NCBI GenBank assembly: GCA_023645945.1
Contig: JALAIB010000076.1
Coordinates: 1 to 35,173 of the forward strand
Source: Diploschistes diacapsis
Lineage: Eukaryota
Direction of reading: 5' to 3'
DNA: 35,173 nucleotides
Both the position numbers and the translations under genes were made by a program. Shown one piece after another: positions 22,321 through 33,900 of this stretch (the stretch's first letter is position 1; each line of letters begins with the position of its first letter). The notes beneath the pieces were generated by a model. It searched no databases. It was given only the letters and a program-made list of their open reading frames with translations, and was not told the DNA's origin.

Positions 22321-23939
22321 TCCAAAACTTATTATGTCTAAATACTACCATATGTGCCACCTCATCTTACATTAAAAACTCACCATATGGAGAAAAGGAG
22401 CCGGAATGCAATGAAGAAGCATCAAAGAGTTTTGGCCAGGGTTTGCGAACCTCTAAAGCAACCTCACCTACCTCTGAGGAAGGCCACACATCTTAATACT
22501 TCAGAGCAGGCCAAGTACTCGAACCAGCACGCGTTACGGGTTAGCGTTTTGCTACGCCGCCACATGAACATGAGCTTGTGGAGCAACAGAGTGCATATCA
22601 CGAGCCGTTCTCAGGGTCAGAGACACTGCCGAACAGACAAGAGCCCTCAGGATTGGAATTTCTAAACGCGCTCTTTGCTGCGTCGCAGACAAGAAATCTC
22701 AACTGCGGACCAAAATGCTCTCGAGGAATGCCTCACGACCGGTAGCAGGCTACATAGAACCGATGTCGAGCTGTCGCTAGGGTGAAGTCGGAATATAGCG
22801 AATACCAGGCCTGGTGTATCTCAATGGCGAAAAAAGAGTTTCTCAAATGAAAGTGGAAATTTGGTATATAAGAAGGTAAAACCCAATACTGAGCGACGTC
22901 AACTTCGGCCTACACCTGCCAGTATCTAGAAGACACTACTTGATCTTCCTGTCCTTCCAACTGTCTGAAGGACCTCCGAGATCTGATGATTAGACAGGAA
23001 TACCTTGGGCCACATCCGCTCGGATCTGAAAGGGGCTAGGAGTATGGTATTCAGGAAGTCGCTGACATATCCTACAGCGCTCAGCATCTATTCATTTTAC
23101 GATAATACCGCTTCAATATAGGCTCATTCATACTTACTATATACGAGAGAAACGAGTTATATAAACCTGACAGAAGATCATCAAGCTTGGGAGGAGCCTC
23201 TGGTAACTATAAAATCTCAGCATTCGCGCTCGGCACAACAGCAAAACGAGATTCTTAGGAAAGTGTGATTCGATTACATAGTGTCCGTTAGACTTGAATG
23301 ATAATGGCATCGAGAGCGTGATCAATTCGAAGGAGTATTGGAAGGACGCGTTCAACAGCTCCTGGCAGCGTCTGCCAGGGCGAACCATAATGGGGAAGAA
23401 AAGCGACGTCCAAGAAGATGTGGTGCATATAAACGCTATCAAGATTTATTGCAGGCCTAAAATAGCATCAGAGTTCGCTTTCTCTGGTCACTTGCTAAGT
23501 CCAATCAGAAGACTCACACTCGAATCTCAGGTTTCAAGACGTAAATGAGCTCCTCGTCTCTCAGACTCATCTAGGAGCTGGATAGCCTTTAGGTCTCTAT
23601 TAGCGGCATCGTGTCTGCATCCGTGGCAATCATCGCCGCTAACAACAAGAAAAAGTTGTAAAATTTTCGAAATACCAGAACCTGGTAGCAAACTTTAATA
23701 GGTTCTTACAGAGGAGGTAATGGGCAGGAATAATAACGGAGACGTGGAAAACAAAGAAGAACTGTCCGTGGTCGAGATGAACATAGGGGATAAAGTTGTT
23801 ATAGAGAATGAACGAAGCTTCAAATTCTATTAATAGCTTTGCGAGGTTTGTTTGACAGCAGCCAGCGGGAGGGAGCTCTATTTTATAAAGCTAAAAGAAA
23901 GATGACTGCCGCAGTTACTTTGGGAGCATTACCTAGGAG

Positions 23940-25240
23940 TCATAATGGCAGAAATCGAAGAGCAAAAAACTTACGCAACAGCAGCCGGAGTAACTGAAAA
24001 GGATTATGAACAAAAATGGGCTTTAGTAATCTTTAATTCACGCTATCTTCAATCGTACAGCAAGAGCTTGCCCTCTATCATTGGCACCTGTGCGAAAGAG
24101 GAGGCCAGTCCAACCTAGGGTGGAACAGAATTATGTAGGATTCTAGAGTACAGCAAGTCATCCGTCAGTGTCCCATGTACAACTTCCTTTAGGTCGTGCT
24201 AAAACAAGACCATAACCTCTGGTTGGTGAGTTACCCATACTATATGAAGTTCCAGTTACCTGGAGACAAAACATCCTCCCGCCACATAGACATGAATCTC
24301 AGAAGGTATGTGGAGAATGGCCAGGGTGGTAACATCATTCAAGGGTCGGTCAGCATAACTCAAACCTTTAAGTAGAAGATCATGCGAGTAAGTAATACCA
24401 TTAAGAGAACGAATATCCAGCGGAGTCAGACCTTAGCGATTTCAGCCTATCTTAGCGGTGTGACATGGTTCCACGGAATCATATCAAAGCAATAAATCTC
24501 GTCGTAACCATAATCAACAAAAATATTAAATAACTCAAAACCTACCGATTCAAGGGATAGCCAAAGATTAACTAACATTAAAATTAAAATTCATAAGTCT
24601 AAAATAATAACCGCAACCGATATCACTAAAGCTGCTCAACGGATACGCAGGATATTGGGATCTCAGCTACGTAAAGAAGCTACCACAGCTGAACAAGCAG
24701 CCGTGGTGCGCCGAGAAGGGATGAAAGACGCTATTAACCTTAAGCCTGTGGGCCTAGGTATCTCGAAGCTGTTTCGGTTCTTTACCCAAATAAGCTGAAT
24801 CTTCAAATCGTGCATATTCGTTGACTGATAGTGTCTACTAGAATGAAGCACGGGATGATGTTAACATTATAATGGCATCAAAAAGTATCTTGACAAGATA
24901 TTTGCGGAAACATGGCTTCGTCTGCCAGAACATACCGTGTCCGGGGGAAAAGAAATTTCGAAGGCAGGCTAACGTCGTTCACCTAAACGCACTAATCATT
25001 TCTTGTACGGGGGACGACAACCCGGTGCCGTGCAAGCCTGATTCCAGGATCCTGGATTTCGGACGCTCTTAAATTCTATTTTGGACTTTCGAGCACAGGA
25101 AACCGAGTCTGTTCTATCTACGGGAAGGATATATGGGGCGCATTAGTGGGAGCCAGGACTGTTAGAGTATGGAAATGGTTCGGTAAAGGCACTCGAACGA
25201 TATTTGGAGGAAGCCAGGCAACTGGGATATTCTCCCTGCA
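23940..25240 (+). pseudogene. Fe(II)/2-oxoglutarate dioxygenase-like (PhyH-like) pseudogene, copy 1
   Basis: 24061-24360 reads QELALYHWHLCERGGQSNLGWNRIM*DSRVQQVIRQCPMYNFL*VVLKQDHNLWLVSYPYYMKFQLPGDKTSSRHIDMNLRRYVENGQGGNIIQGSVSIT, with HxD at 24283-24291 followed by an IQGxVSI strand. PVPCKP follows at ~25021. Confidence 0.6.
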
Positions 25241-26389
25241 ATCCTGACAATGCATCGAGCCTGCAGCAGAACAAGTGACCGAAGAAGGGAACTGACGATA
25301 CAGGCCGAATGAGTGATGGACGGCTTGTGATAGGTATGCGATGACAGGATCTGGGGATACCACATATCAACTACCATGCTTCTCCCGGTTACAGGTCCAG
25401 GAACCTCGATCACCACCTTCCTATGGTATCAAGGTTTTTAAGTACCACTTACCGTACGAGACTGCCTCACTACCCCCAGCTGGAAGTCTGCTACACTCCG
25501 ATCCCACCGTTATACAGGCATTCACTCTACCAAGCAATGTGGATCTCAGGCAGTTCTCTTATATATTGTATATAGCTCGAATCAACATGGGCTAGCTCTA
25601 ATGAATGCAGTTGCGCGGTGCGGAAGGCAAGATAAGAGATCTTTCCACAAGGCTATGACGAAAACCCCGGCTCCCCTTGTGATTCTTGTAGATGAGTTCT
25701 CAGGAAATTCAGTGGTTTTTAGTGTGAGAAGAAAAAGCTTTGGGAAAGCAGCATGATGAGATGTTCAGTACAAACGACTGGCTTATGAAGAAATTGGGTT
25801 GGGAGAAAAGCCTCGCAATTTACCATCATACAGACACTCATAAGATCTGCTACACGATAGACTTGGGCGAGAGTACCTCTCTAGGAATATGCTCTCCATG
25901 GAAACTTCCAAAAGGGAAACCTCTCGGACCGCGTTGTTACTAAAGCGCGATTTTATATGAGAAAATCCTGATGGCTTTATCAGAGGAAGTTTCCTCGTTG
26001 CACCCGCGTTGGAGACTGTGGGCTTCTACCTTGTGTGGGTGATGAAAAAAAGGGTGTGAGCTGCATCGTGAGACGTGCCCAAGAAGGGGACGGTACGGGT
26101 ACCTGGACCGCAAACCAATAGGAATACGAAGCCCGGCCTACAAAATAGAGGTGTGCCTTCTCAAAACGCAGTACACTCGCTCCTAAGGAGCGCAGGCAAG
26201 ACACAAAATTAGTAAGAAGTTCTGTCAGAACCCCGCGGCTCTAGCAAAGTGTAGAGCAGGCGACGAAGCGTCGCTAACTCGCACTCTAGGCCGAAAGGAC
26301 GTCTCCAAGGCCGATCTGCTTGCGATTAAACGTTCAAGGAAAGGCCCTAGGCTCAGTGTCGAGGACTACCCCTCTATACTCCGCAGAAC

Positions 26390-27257
26390 ATGTCTGCTCA
26401 GGTGCGGCAAAGTGATAGGCTAATACAGGTTGCCAACGACGTAGTTTCCCAGGTAGACGACGCATACCAAGAGGTGGAAGGCAACCACAAGTTCCCTGCT
26501 CTCAAAGATGCTGCTAACACTTTCACTGCGGCCTTGATAGAATACAGAGACGCTGTGTTAAAAGGCATAGTGGCAGCGAGTATTGCTGCTGCAGGGGACA
26601 GCTCCAGCAGGATAGCGAAAGCTACAGAGTGGAGAAACAAGAAACCGTGGCAGAAAGGTCCTGGGTCTACTGGTACTTGGCCCAGGATGTCAACCTTGAC
26701 TGAGGATGCAGGGGGTGCAGAACAAAAGTTTGAAGATAAGGAGATAGAGCCTGTCATCTTCGCTGAGACAGAGAAAAAGTCTGTCCCTGAAGCACCAAAA
26801 AAGAAGAAGGTGGTCAAGAGTGTGTCAATAGTGTCAAGAAACAGCCAGAAATGGGTAGGATCGCAGCTTACCGAGTTTACCAGCTCTGTACTTAGGCCCG
26901 TGAGCTACCTCGTCAGTCAAACAGGTACCCTGGGGCATTCAAGAGTCTAGAGTAAGCTATAACCACATAAAACATTCAGTTGGAAAACCTTTCACCTTTA
27001 AGACATTGAATTTGAAGGAGATCCATGAGCAGCTTCAAAACACGGATCTTGAAAATTCACCCCGCTTTGCTCAAAAAGGTCCAATGTACTATTTACTCTG
27101 CACCGCTCTGAGGCCAGACCGCAACCAGATGTGGTCCACTGATGATGAGAAAAGCAGCGGAATGAAGTTTGTTCCGCAGCCGTGTAAAGGGGGAGATGTA
27201 CGAGTCTCACGACCAGGGCTACCACATGGGGCTATGAAGGCCAAGAACGTCCAATAG
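26390..27257 (+). pseudogene. Dioxygenase-like pseudogene, copy 2, internally deleted
   Basis: A 186-aa N-terminal ORF is followed by QKGPMYYLLCTALRPDRN (homologous to RQCPMYNFL*VVLKQDHN of copy 1), joined almost directly to FVPQPCKGGDVRVSRPGLPHGA with the candidate distal His at 27225-27227. Confidence 0.55.
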
Positions 27258-28119
27258 GTACCAGCTTTGCTATTAAAGCAAGGAATACCTTTATTCCAAC
27301 TTACATCTTTGCAATCTATTCTTCAAAGAAAATGTCAGGTCAGAATCCGCCTCCTGCCTTTGAGGGGCGGGGGAGGTCAACATTCCAAGGTCTTTCGCAA
27401 GATACTCACTATCTCCAAACACCAACGCGCCCTAGACATCAAATCACGGGATTATGAATCATTCCAGAGTCCTTACAGCAGCTAGTAAGACTGCAGGAAT
27501 CTTTAGCTAATACGGAGTTGTATGCTACGCCTGGATCTGTAGTGAAGTGTAGAAGGCATGGATTGTGATCTGTAAGGGAGAGGCGTCCTCTATATGGACC
27601 ACGATACTTGTTATCTTAAGGGACCGGATAGATCTACCGAAATATTGTCACAGGAAGAAGGTCCGACTAATCGAATTAGGCGTAGGTAAGAAAATCGACG
27701 GACCTGTGTCACCGCCAGAAATATAAACCAGATATTATAGAGTCGTCAACTGCCGGCAGGAAACACTCCTCTCTCGGCGCTGACAGTTTAGAAGTTTATG
27801 GCCGCATCTATGGACGGAAGACGAGCTAATTCAGAACTTGCTTGAGGACTAACTGAGACCTCGGGGAAACGAAACGAGCAAGTGCGCACCAAAATTCAGA
27901 ACAAAGGAAACTGACCATAGGGATCAGACATGTTCAGCACATCGTCGAAAGTATCCACCTGCTCGAGGGCAGCCAAGCTCGATAAGACTGGTTTATAGGG
28001 AAACCTCCCTCCCCCTACCTTACCAATGCCGCTAGGAAGCCATTACGCACCACCCTACTGCGGTAGATATATATAAGCGAGTGAACAACTAGTTTCGATC
28101 AATTGATGCACCGCGGTAA

Positions 28120-30956
28120 GGCTTAGGCGCGTTTATCAGGAGGTCAACTAGACGAACCGATAACGTTCACTGTTGTGAGAAGGAGAAACTGGAATTATGG
28201 ACAGATCGTGCCGATATCGAAAGCACCAAGATCAGAGAGACCGAAAATCCCAAGGAGAACGGCAATGAACCCGAGCTCTACGAAATGCTGAGAGCATTTA
28301 CAGTTACAGGGCCAGGGAGAGCTACTCTCCATGCTAGGATGGTTATGGTGGAGCGCCTCGGTCGACTAGGTGAGCCAAAGCCGAAAGCGCCAGATAATCC
28401 CTTTGGAATGATGAGGGGTACAATGGCTGCCCCGAACTTAGGAAACTTGGAAGCCTTTCGTCGATAAATGGAGGAGGAGTTCTCTACATCAGAAGACTCG
28501 GTAGGGTGCTGAAACACTCCCAGGAGTGCTACAAAAATCCGTTAATCATGGGAATTTGGATTTAAACGTAGTCCTTGCAATATTAGGGAGCGTTGCAAGT
28601 TCTTCCAGGTCACGAATATGAAAAAAAACCCCCTATGGTGGCGCTAAGGAACAGTATTACTAAGATGCACATACGGGAAGCTGCAAAAACTATGGGTCGA
28701 GGTGAACGATCGAGCATTTTCGACCTATAGTGCCTGAAACGTCGGGCATTGAGAGAGAAGAATTGGGACCGGGGAGCAACGCAAGAAGATTATCTCATAC
28801 CATTAAGGTGGCCAAACACAAAGAACATATTAAAGCTACAGGAATACAAAGCAAAACTACTGAACTAGCAAGCCTAATTACGCAAGAGGTGCTGTATAGC
28901 AAGTACTCTATGTAGTATCAAGGAGGCTGCCCAAAGCCAAGTTTGACAGGACTGGCTAACGTTAACCGTGACGAAGCTGTGTTAGGAGTGTCGGACGTTG
29001 ATATAGGGCATACAGGAGAGTAAAAAACAATAACACCAAGCAAAAAGTCTGGTTCGATGAAGAGGGTATCTTATAGTAAGCTATCTGGGCATCTAGCAAA
29101 TTGCCAAGGACCCTTCGAATACGGAGAATACGGACTTCTGGAGACCCCACGACTACAGGTATTCTGTCGTCAATGTCCGTCTTAGAAGAATTTAGATAAT
29201 TCTGTGCTTTTAAGAGACCAGGGTAGGCAGTGACAAGAGTGGAAAGCCTTTATCTGAGGGTAGAGAAAATACAAGAAGCAGGAAACGTATGACAGATTTA
29301 TTCGAGAAGCAGCAACAATGGAAAGCATCCTGAACAATCAGAAGAGTATAAAGCGAGATTGTGGGATGAAAGCAGCGTTACAGGGAGTGGGCGATGAAAC
29401 TACCAGCAAGACACTCAATAGAGATGGTTGGTTCTAGGTTGAAAAGACATTCATGTCCACGGCGCATATACGAGGAGATCTCACGGATCGCCTCGCTACT
29501 TATTGGCACCAATACGAGAAGCCAGCCGTCTTCGAGCTCAAAATAAATCAGCAAACAATGAGATACCACCAAATCTTCTGTACCTCGCTGCTCTAGAAGG
29601 GCCCTGGGATCCGCTAGAAAGATTAAAGTATCCTAGACTACCCGTAAGTAACATCAACGCAGACGAGGAATCAGAGGTCAAGAAAGTCGTTGACGCGCTA
29701 AGAGAGGCCTCAGACGAGAACAGAATGTCAGATTAGGTCAGGAGAATAGGATGGCTAATGGCGACTAGTAATTATCGTCGCGGACTTCGAAAATGCGGTT
29801 GGCATTCTAGAGGAGTTTTATAGCTTAAACCCCGAGAACCTAGAATTCCTTGGCTAAAGACCTATTTATCTACTCAAGCTGTTCAACGAATAGGGTATAA
29901 ATACTCATTTCACGTCAATAGGATCGCCGAAAGTCAATCTTCGGACACTGAAGGGAATACGTCGTGCTTAATTCCCAAACAGAAGGACAGTGACGAGGGA
30001 TCCTAGGAGATCTTATCGACTGTACCGCTGCTATTATATATCGATATATATACGCACAATGTTCCAAGAATCGAACAATACAGTCAGTTGTACCATCACG
30101 CACTCTGGCAACAGTTCTTAAAGGTTTAGGAGAAAAGGCCATATTTGAAACCCCAAGAGGAGAAAAGTTGCAGAAAGATTTCAACGGAGGCTGATCGAAC
30201 ATTTTGGTAACAATACATACATTTATCGGTGATCGTCAAAATTTTTAGCAAGGCAATGAATTGGCCAATAGGACACCCATTTCACGTTTCAAAACTCCGC
30301 CAGAGGCGTTCTTCGAACACGCCAGGGAGAAAGCAGTGCTTAGATTTCAAATGGAATGAGTAGTAGACCGCTATTGAGAAGTTCCAGAAGAAGATTTAGG
30401 GACTGTCTTGTGGCGAGTATATACCTAAAACTACACCAGCATTGAGTTCCTCCATAGGATCAACCAGGCGAGACAAGAATGCCCTATACGATGGCAGGCT
30501 CCATCAAATACAATTTCAGGAAGCTTCGGGCAAGAACCCGTGCTTAAACTTCGAGCAACATCCGACAAGAAAAAGAGCTATAGGAGATCTTGCCGGCCGT
30601 CTATTTATTATATACGATGATATTGACTTCCTAATATTATTCAGCAATACTCGACAGGAGCGAGGTGAATGTGGGCAAAGCTAACATACAAGGTCTCGAT
30701 AGACCAGTACGCAACCAGATTGAATGGCGCGGGAAATTGAATATCTCTAGAGCGAGATTGAAGACTGAGACGAGCAGGTTATCAGTTTCTGTCCGGAGAA
30801 CATACAGGAATGTTTGAGGCTTAAGAACTGATGGAGGCTTATAAAGTTGAAGTATCTAAGAAGCTACACGGCCACATCTGACCAGGGAGAATACCAACCC
30901 CTGATGACCGTGCTTGGGAAAAAACAACCCCCAAAGTCATAAAGAAAACAAAATGA
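28120..30956 (+). pseudogene. Large decayed coding region (possibly one ~900-codon gene) of unknown family
   Basis: Stop-free frame 28120-28467. Single-frame protein-like runs at ~28630-29330, ~29990-30600 (LGDLIDCTAAIIYRYIYAQCSKNRTIQSVVPSRTLATVLKGLGEKAIFETPRGEKLQKDF) and ~30710-30956 are punctuated by isolated stops. Confidence 0.5.
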
Positions 30957-31199
30957 AGACAGATCACTCGATGCACGAGCAAACATACCAGGTTGTCTAA
31001 GTTAGAGGTACCAACTCATTCTTCCTTGCTTCCTTTTTCAACCTTCTTACCGCGGCTCGAATTTCACGGTATAAGTAGCGTTTTCAATTCCCACGTGACT
31101 AATGGAACGGTTAGGACAGATTTAATATTAATAATCAAATCATAGTATCAACCTGATGTCAGGGTAGGTGGAAACACCCGTAGGGCCTCTCGAGTGGGT

Positions 31200-33900
31200 T
31201 CGAGTTCAACAACAAGCTGAGCCTCAAGAATGGATTCAGGTACACAGGTATATAACGGACGACGTCAGTATCAAAGGAGCGGTGATCGAAATGCAAGTGT
31301 GAGAAAGCAACAAAGAAATATCGCGAGAAGATATTGCAGACCATCTTGTGGTTGCATGCGGCCACCTTTAGATACCATTACGCTGCGATAAGATGAGGAA
31401 GAAAATCAGGCGCAGCATGGTGCTCTCCAAAAGGAGGTGAGCCCGGCAACACCTAGTGGAAGAAACGATGACTAGACCGAATCTCCTACAAAACGCCGGG
31501 AGAAGGAACATCTGGGATTTTTAGAAAAGACCGGTCTAAAAGAACTGAGGCTATTTCTACCAAGTTAGTTCGCGGAAAAGCCCTTCACTTGAATATCCCG
31601 CAAACACATGAGGAACCGCACCGTGGCGTTTCCCCTCCCTATATCTATGCCCCTATCCAACTCGGATATCCATAGACTGTGAGGATCCCATCAACGTGGA
31701 CTTTCAATAGACCCAGGTCATCAGCATTAGCAAGGGAACAGCAAACGAGAGGAGTGACACACAGTGAAGCTGGAAGAGCCGATCGAGTAAAAACCCTAGG
31801 AATCTTCTCATCAACGATAGATTGGCTGGATTCAGGTAACAAAGAAGCAATCAGCCATTTAAGCGCAGCCGAAAAGGACCATCACAAAGCGGATTCTAAC
31901 CGAAAGAATTTTTTCGGGCTGGCGAACACGCATCTCGATCATGAAGGCAAAACAACGCCTTAAGTCATCAGCACCAGCCGTGACAGATCCATTTAACGGC
32001 AGCGAAACATGAATCCGGAAATAGGATGCAGTGCCGAACACAAAGGATCTTGTCTCCAACAGCATCTTACCCGATGCTAGATGGCAAGCAATCAGTGACA
32101 TAGAACCAGGATCATCCCACAGCGAAGCATAGCTTGAAGAACAACCCTAAGCTGAAGAAATCCGCGTATCGCCACGAGGACACCGGAAGGCTTTGTATTT
32201 ATGTACCCATCTCATCTAGCTCAAATCTGTACAAACTTAGGCTTTTTAGCACCATCGACTTTTTCGTTTAAGCCAGGTAGCCAGCACCTAGCAGTAAGAC
32301 GCCAAAGAGGGCAATCATCGCCCAGCGGAGCTGAAGGTCCCATGCAGTACCGAATATAAGGATCTCGGCTCCAGTGGCAGCTAAGCTAGATAGAACAACA
32401 AGCATCTAGCCATTTGACGGCAATGAAACTATATGACATGGTAGAGTTGAAAGAAGCGCTCGTATTTCTTCAGGATTTCATCACCAATAACAGCTAAGCG
32501 GAGATCAGATAGCAAGCACCTAGCCCTCAAACAGCAGCGAAACGATATTATAATGCACGGCAGAGACCGTAACAACCATCCAGCAGGGAACTTCGAGGAC
32601 CCCCGCACCAAGGGCGGGTTAGAGCACTCTGGGCAGCAAGTGTTTAGCTATTCGATAGCAGCCGTATGGGGACCACCGTACCCCGGAGTTGAAAGAACTG
32701 TTGTAAGCTCAAGAATGAGGTTATTGTTGTCAACCGCTCAGCAAGTATGAGGTGGCAAGCACAACATTGATTGGTGGCGAAATCGCGACGCAGGGTAGAG
32801 CTGGAAGACAGTACTCAACATTTCCCAGTGAGGACCTCGTCACCAATGAAGCAAGGCCTATGTTCAGGTAGCCAGTGACTAGCCAAATAATGGCAGCACC
32901 ATGAAACCGTCGCATCGCGAGAGCACACCTCGAGGAATAATTCCAGATTGGAATATATATACACCACAGGTCAAAAACACGACGATCTCAGGAAGCGAAG
33001 AAGACTACGGTCTATAAGTTCACAACCAAATCGAGGCAATTCTGTTGGTAACAGACATATATCTCGCACAGTAGAAGAGCCTCAGAACAAGGAAAGAAGG
33101 GAACGAAAAGCATGCCCGCACCCGGAAGGTCAGGATTCTAAAGATAATGAGAAGAGACGCAAATCGTAAAACATAGATTGAGAATCGTTGCTTCTCAAGT
33201 AGGCCAACATTCAAAGACTTGAGAATCAACAACGTGTAGTATATATAGCGTGGAGATGGAGCTCAGGAGTAACGGATTTTCTTCTTATTGCGGCTAGGCC
33301 TGAGAACAGGATAATAACAAACAAACAGTCCATATACGGGATCTCAATGCACTAAAAGGTGCTAGGAAGTAGGGACGCAGACCGAAGGCAGAGCCCAGAT
33401 TTGAAACCCGATGCAGCTCGATCACGTTGACATTGAAAGACTAGGGAACCAGCGGCGTGAAAGCATCCAGTTGAAAAGTAATTCAGGAATTATTGACCCC
33501 TGCCACGTTCTTGCCAGATCTGAGAAGCTGGAAATAAAAGAGCACGATCAGTCCATATCTGGGAACTAGAGGGCTCTGGAGAAAACCAATAGAGGGGCAA
33601 ATTAGAGGCCAAAAAACAACTACATACAGGCAGCCTGTGCATCTCGGGCACAATAACACCAGAGATTCGAGATATCAGCGGCATAGTATATATATATGAC
33701 CTGAAAAGAGCTTTAGCGGTAACCGAATCTTCCCAAACTCTGGGAACGTCTTAAAAATTACTCCCAAAGAAAAGCATGGGAGAAACCGACAGGAAAGCTG
33801 CAGCTGAAAGTTCAGAGCGCTCCTAGAATCAGGAAACAGAGAACCAGCCATAACGGACCTAGGAGCTTGCTAGTGAGACGGTACCGGGGAGCAAAGTGAA
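31200..33900 (+). pseudogene. Decayed plus-strand coding region(s) of unknown family
   Basis: Fragments such as QQQAEPQEWIQVHRYITDDVSIKGAVIEMQV*ESNKEISREDIADHLVVACGHL* and HLTAMKLYDMVELKEALVFLQDFITNN; purine-rich plus strand. Confidence 0.4.
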
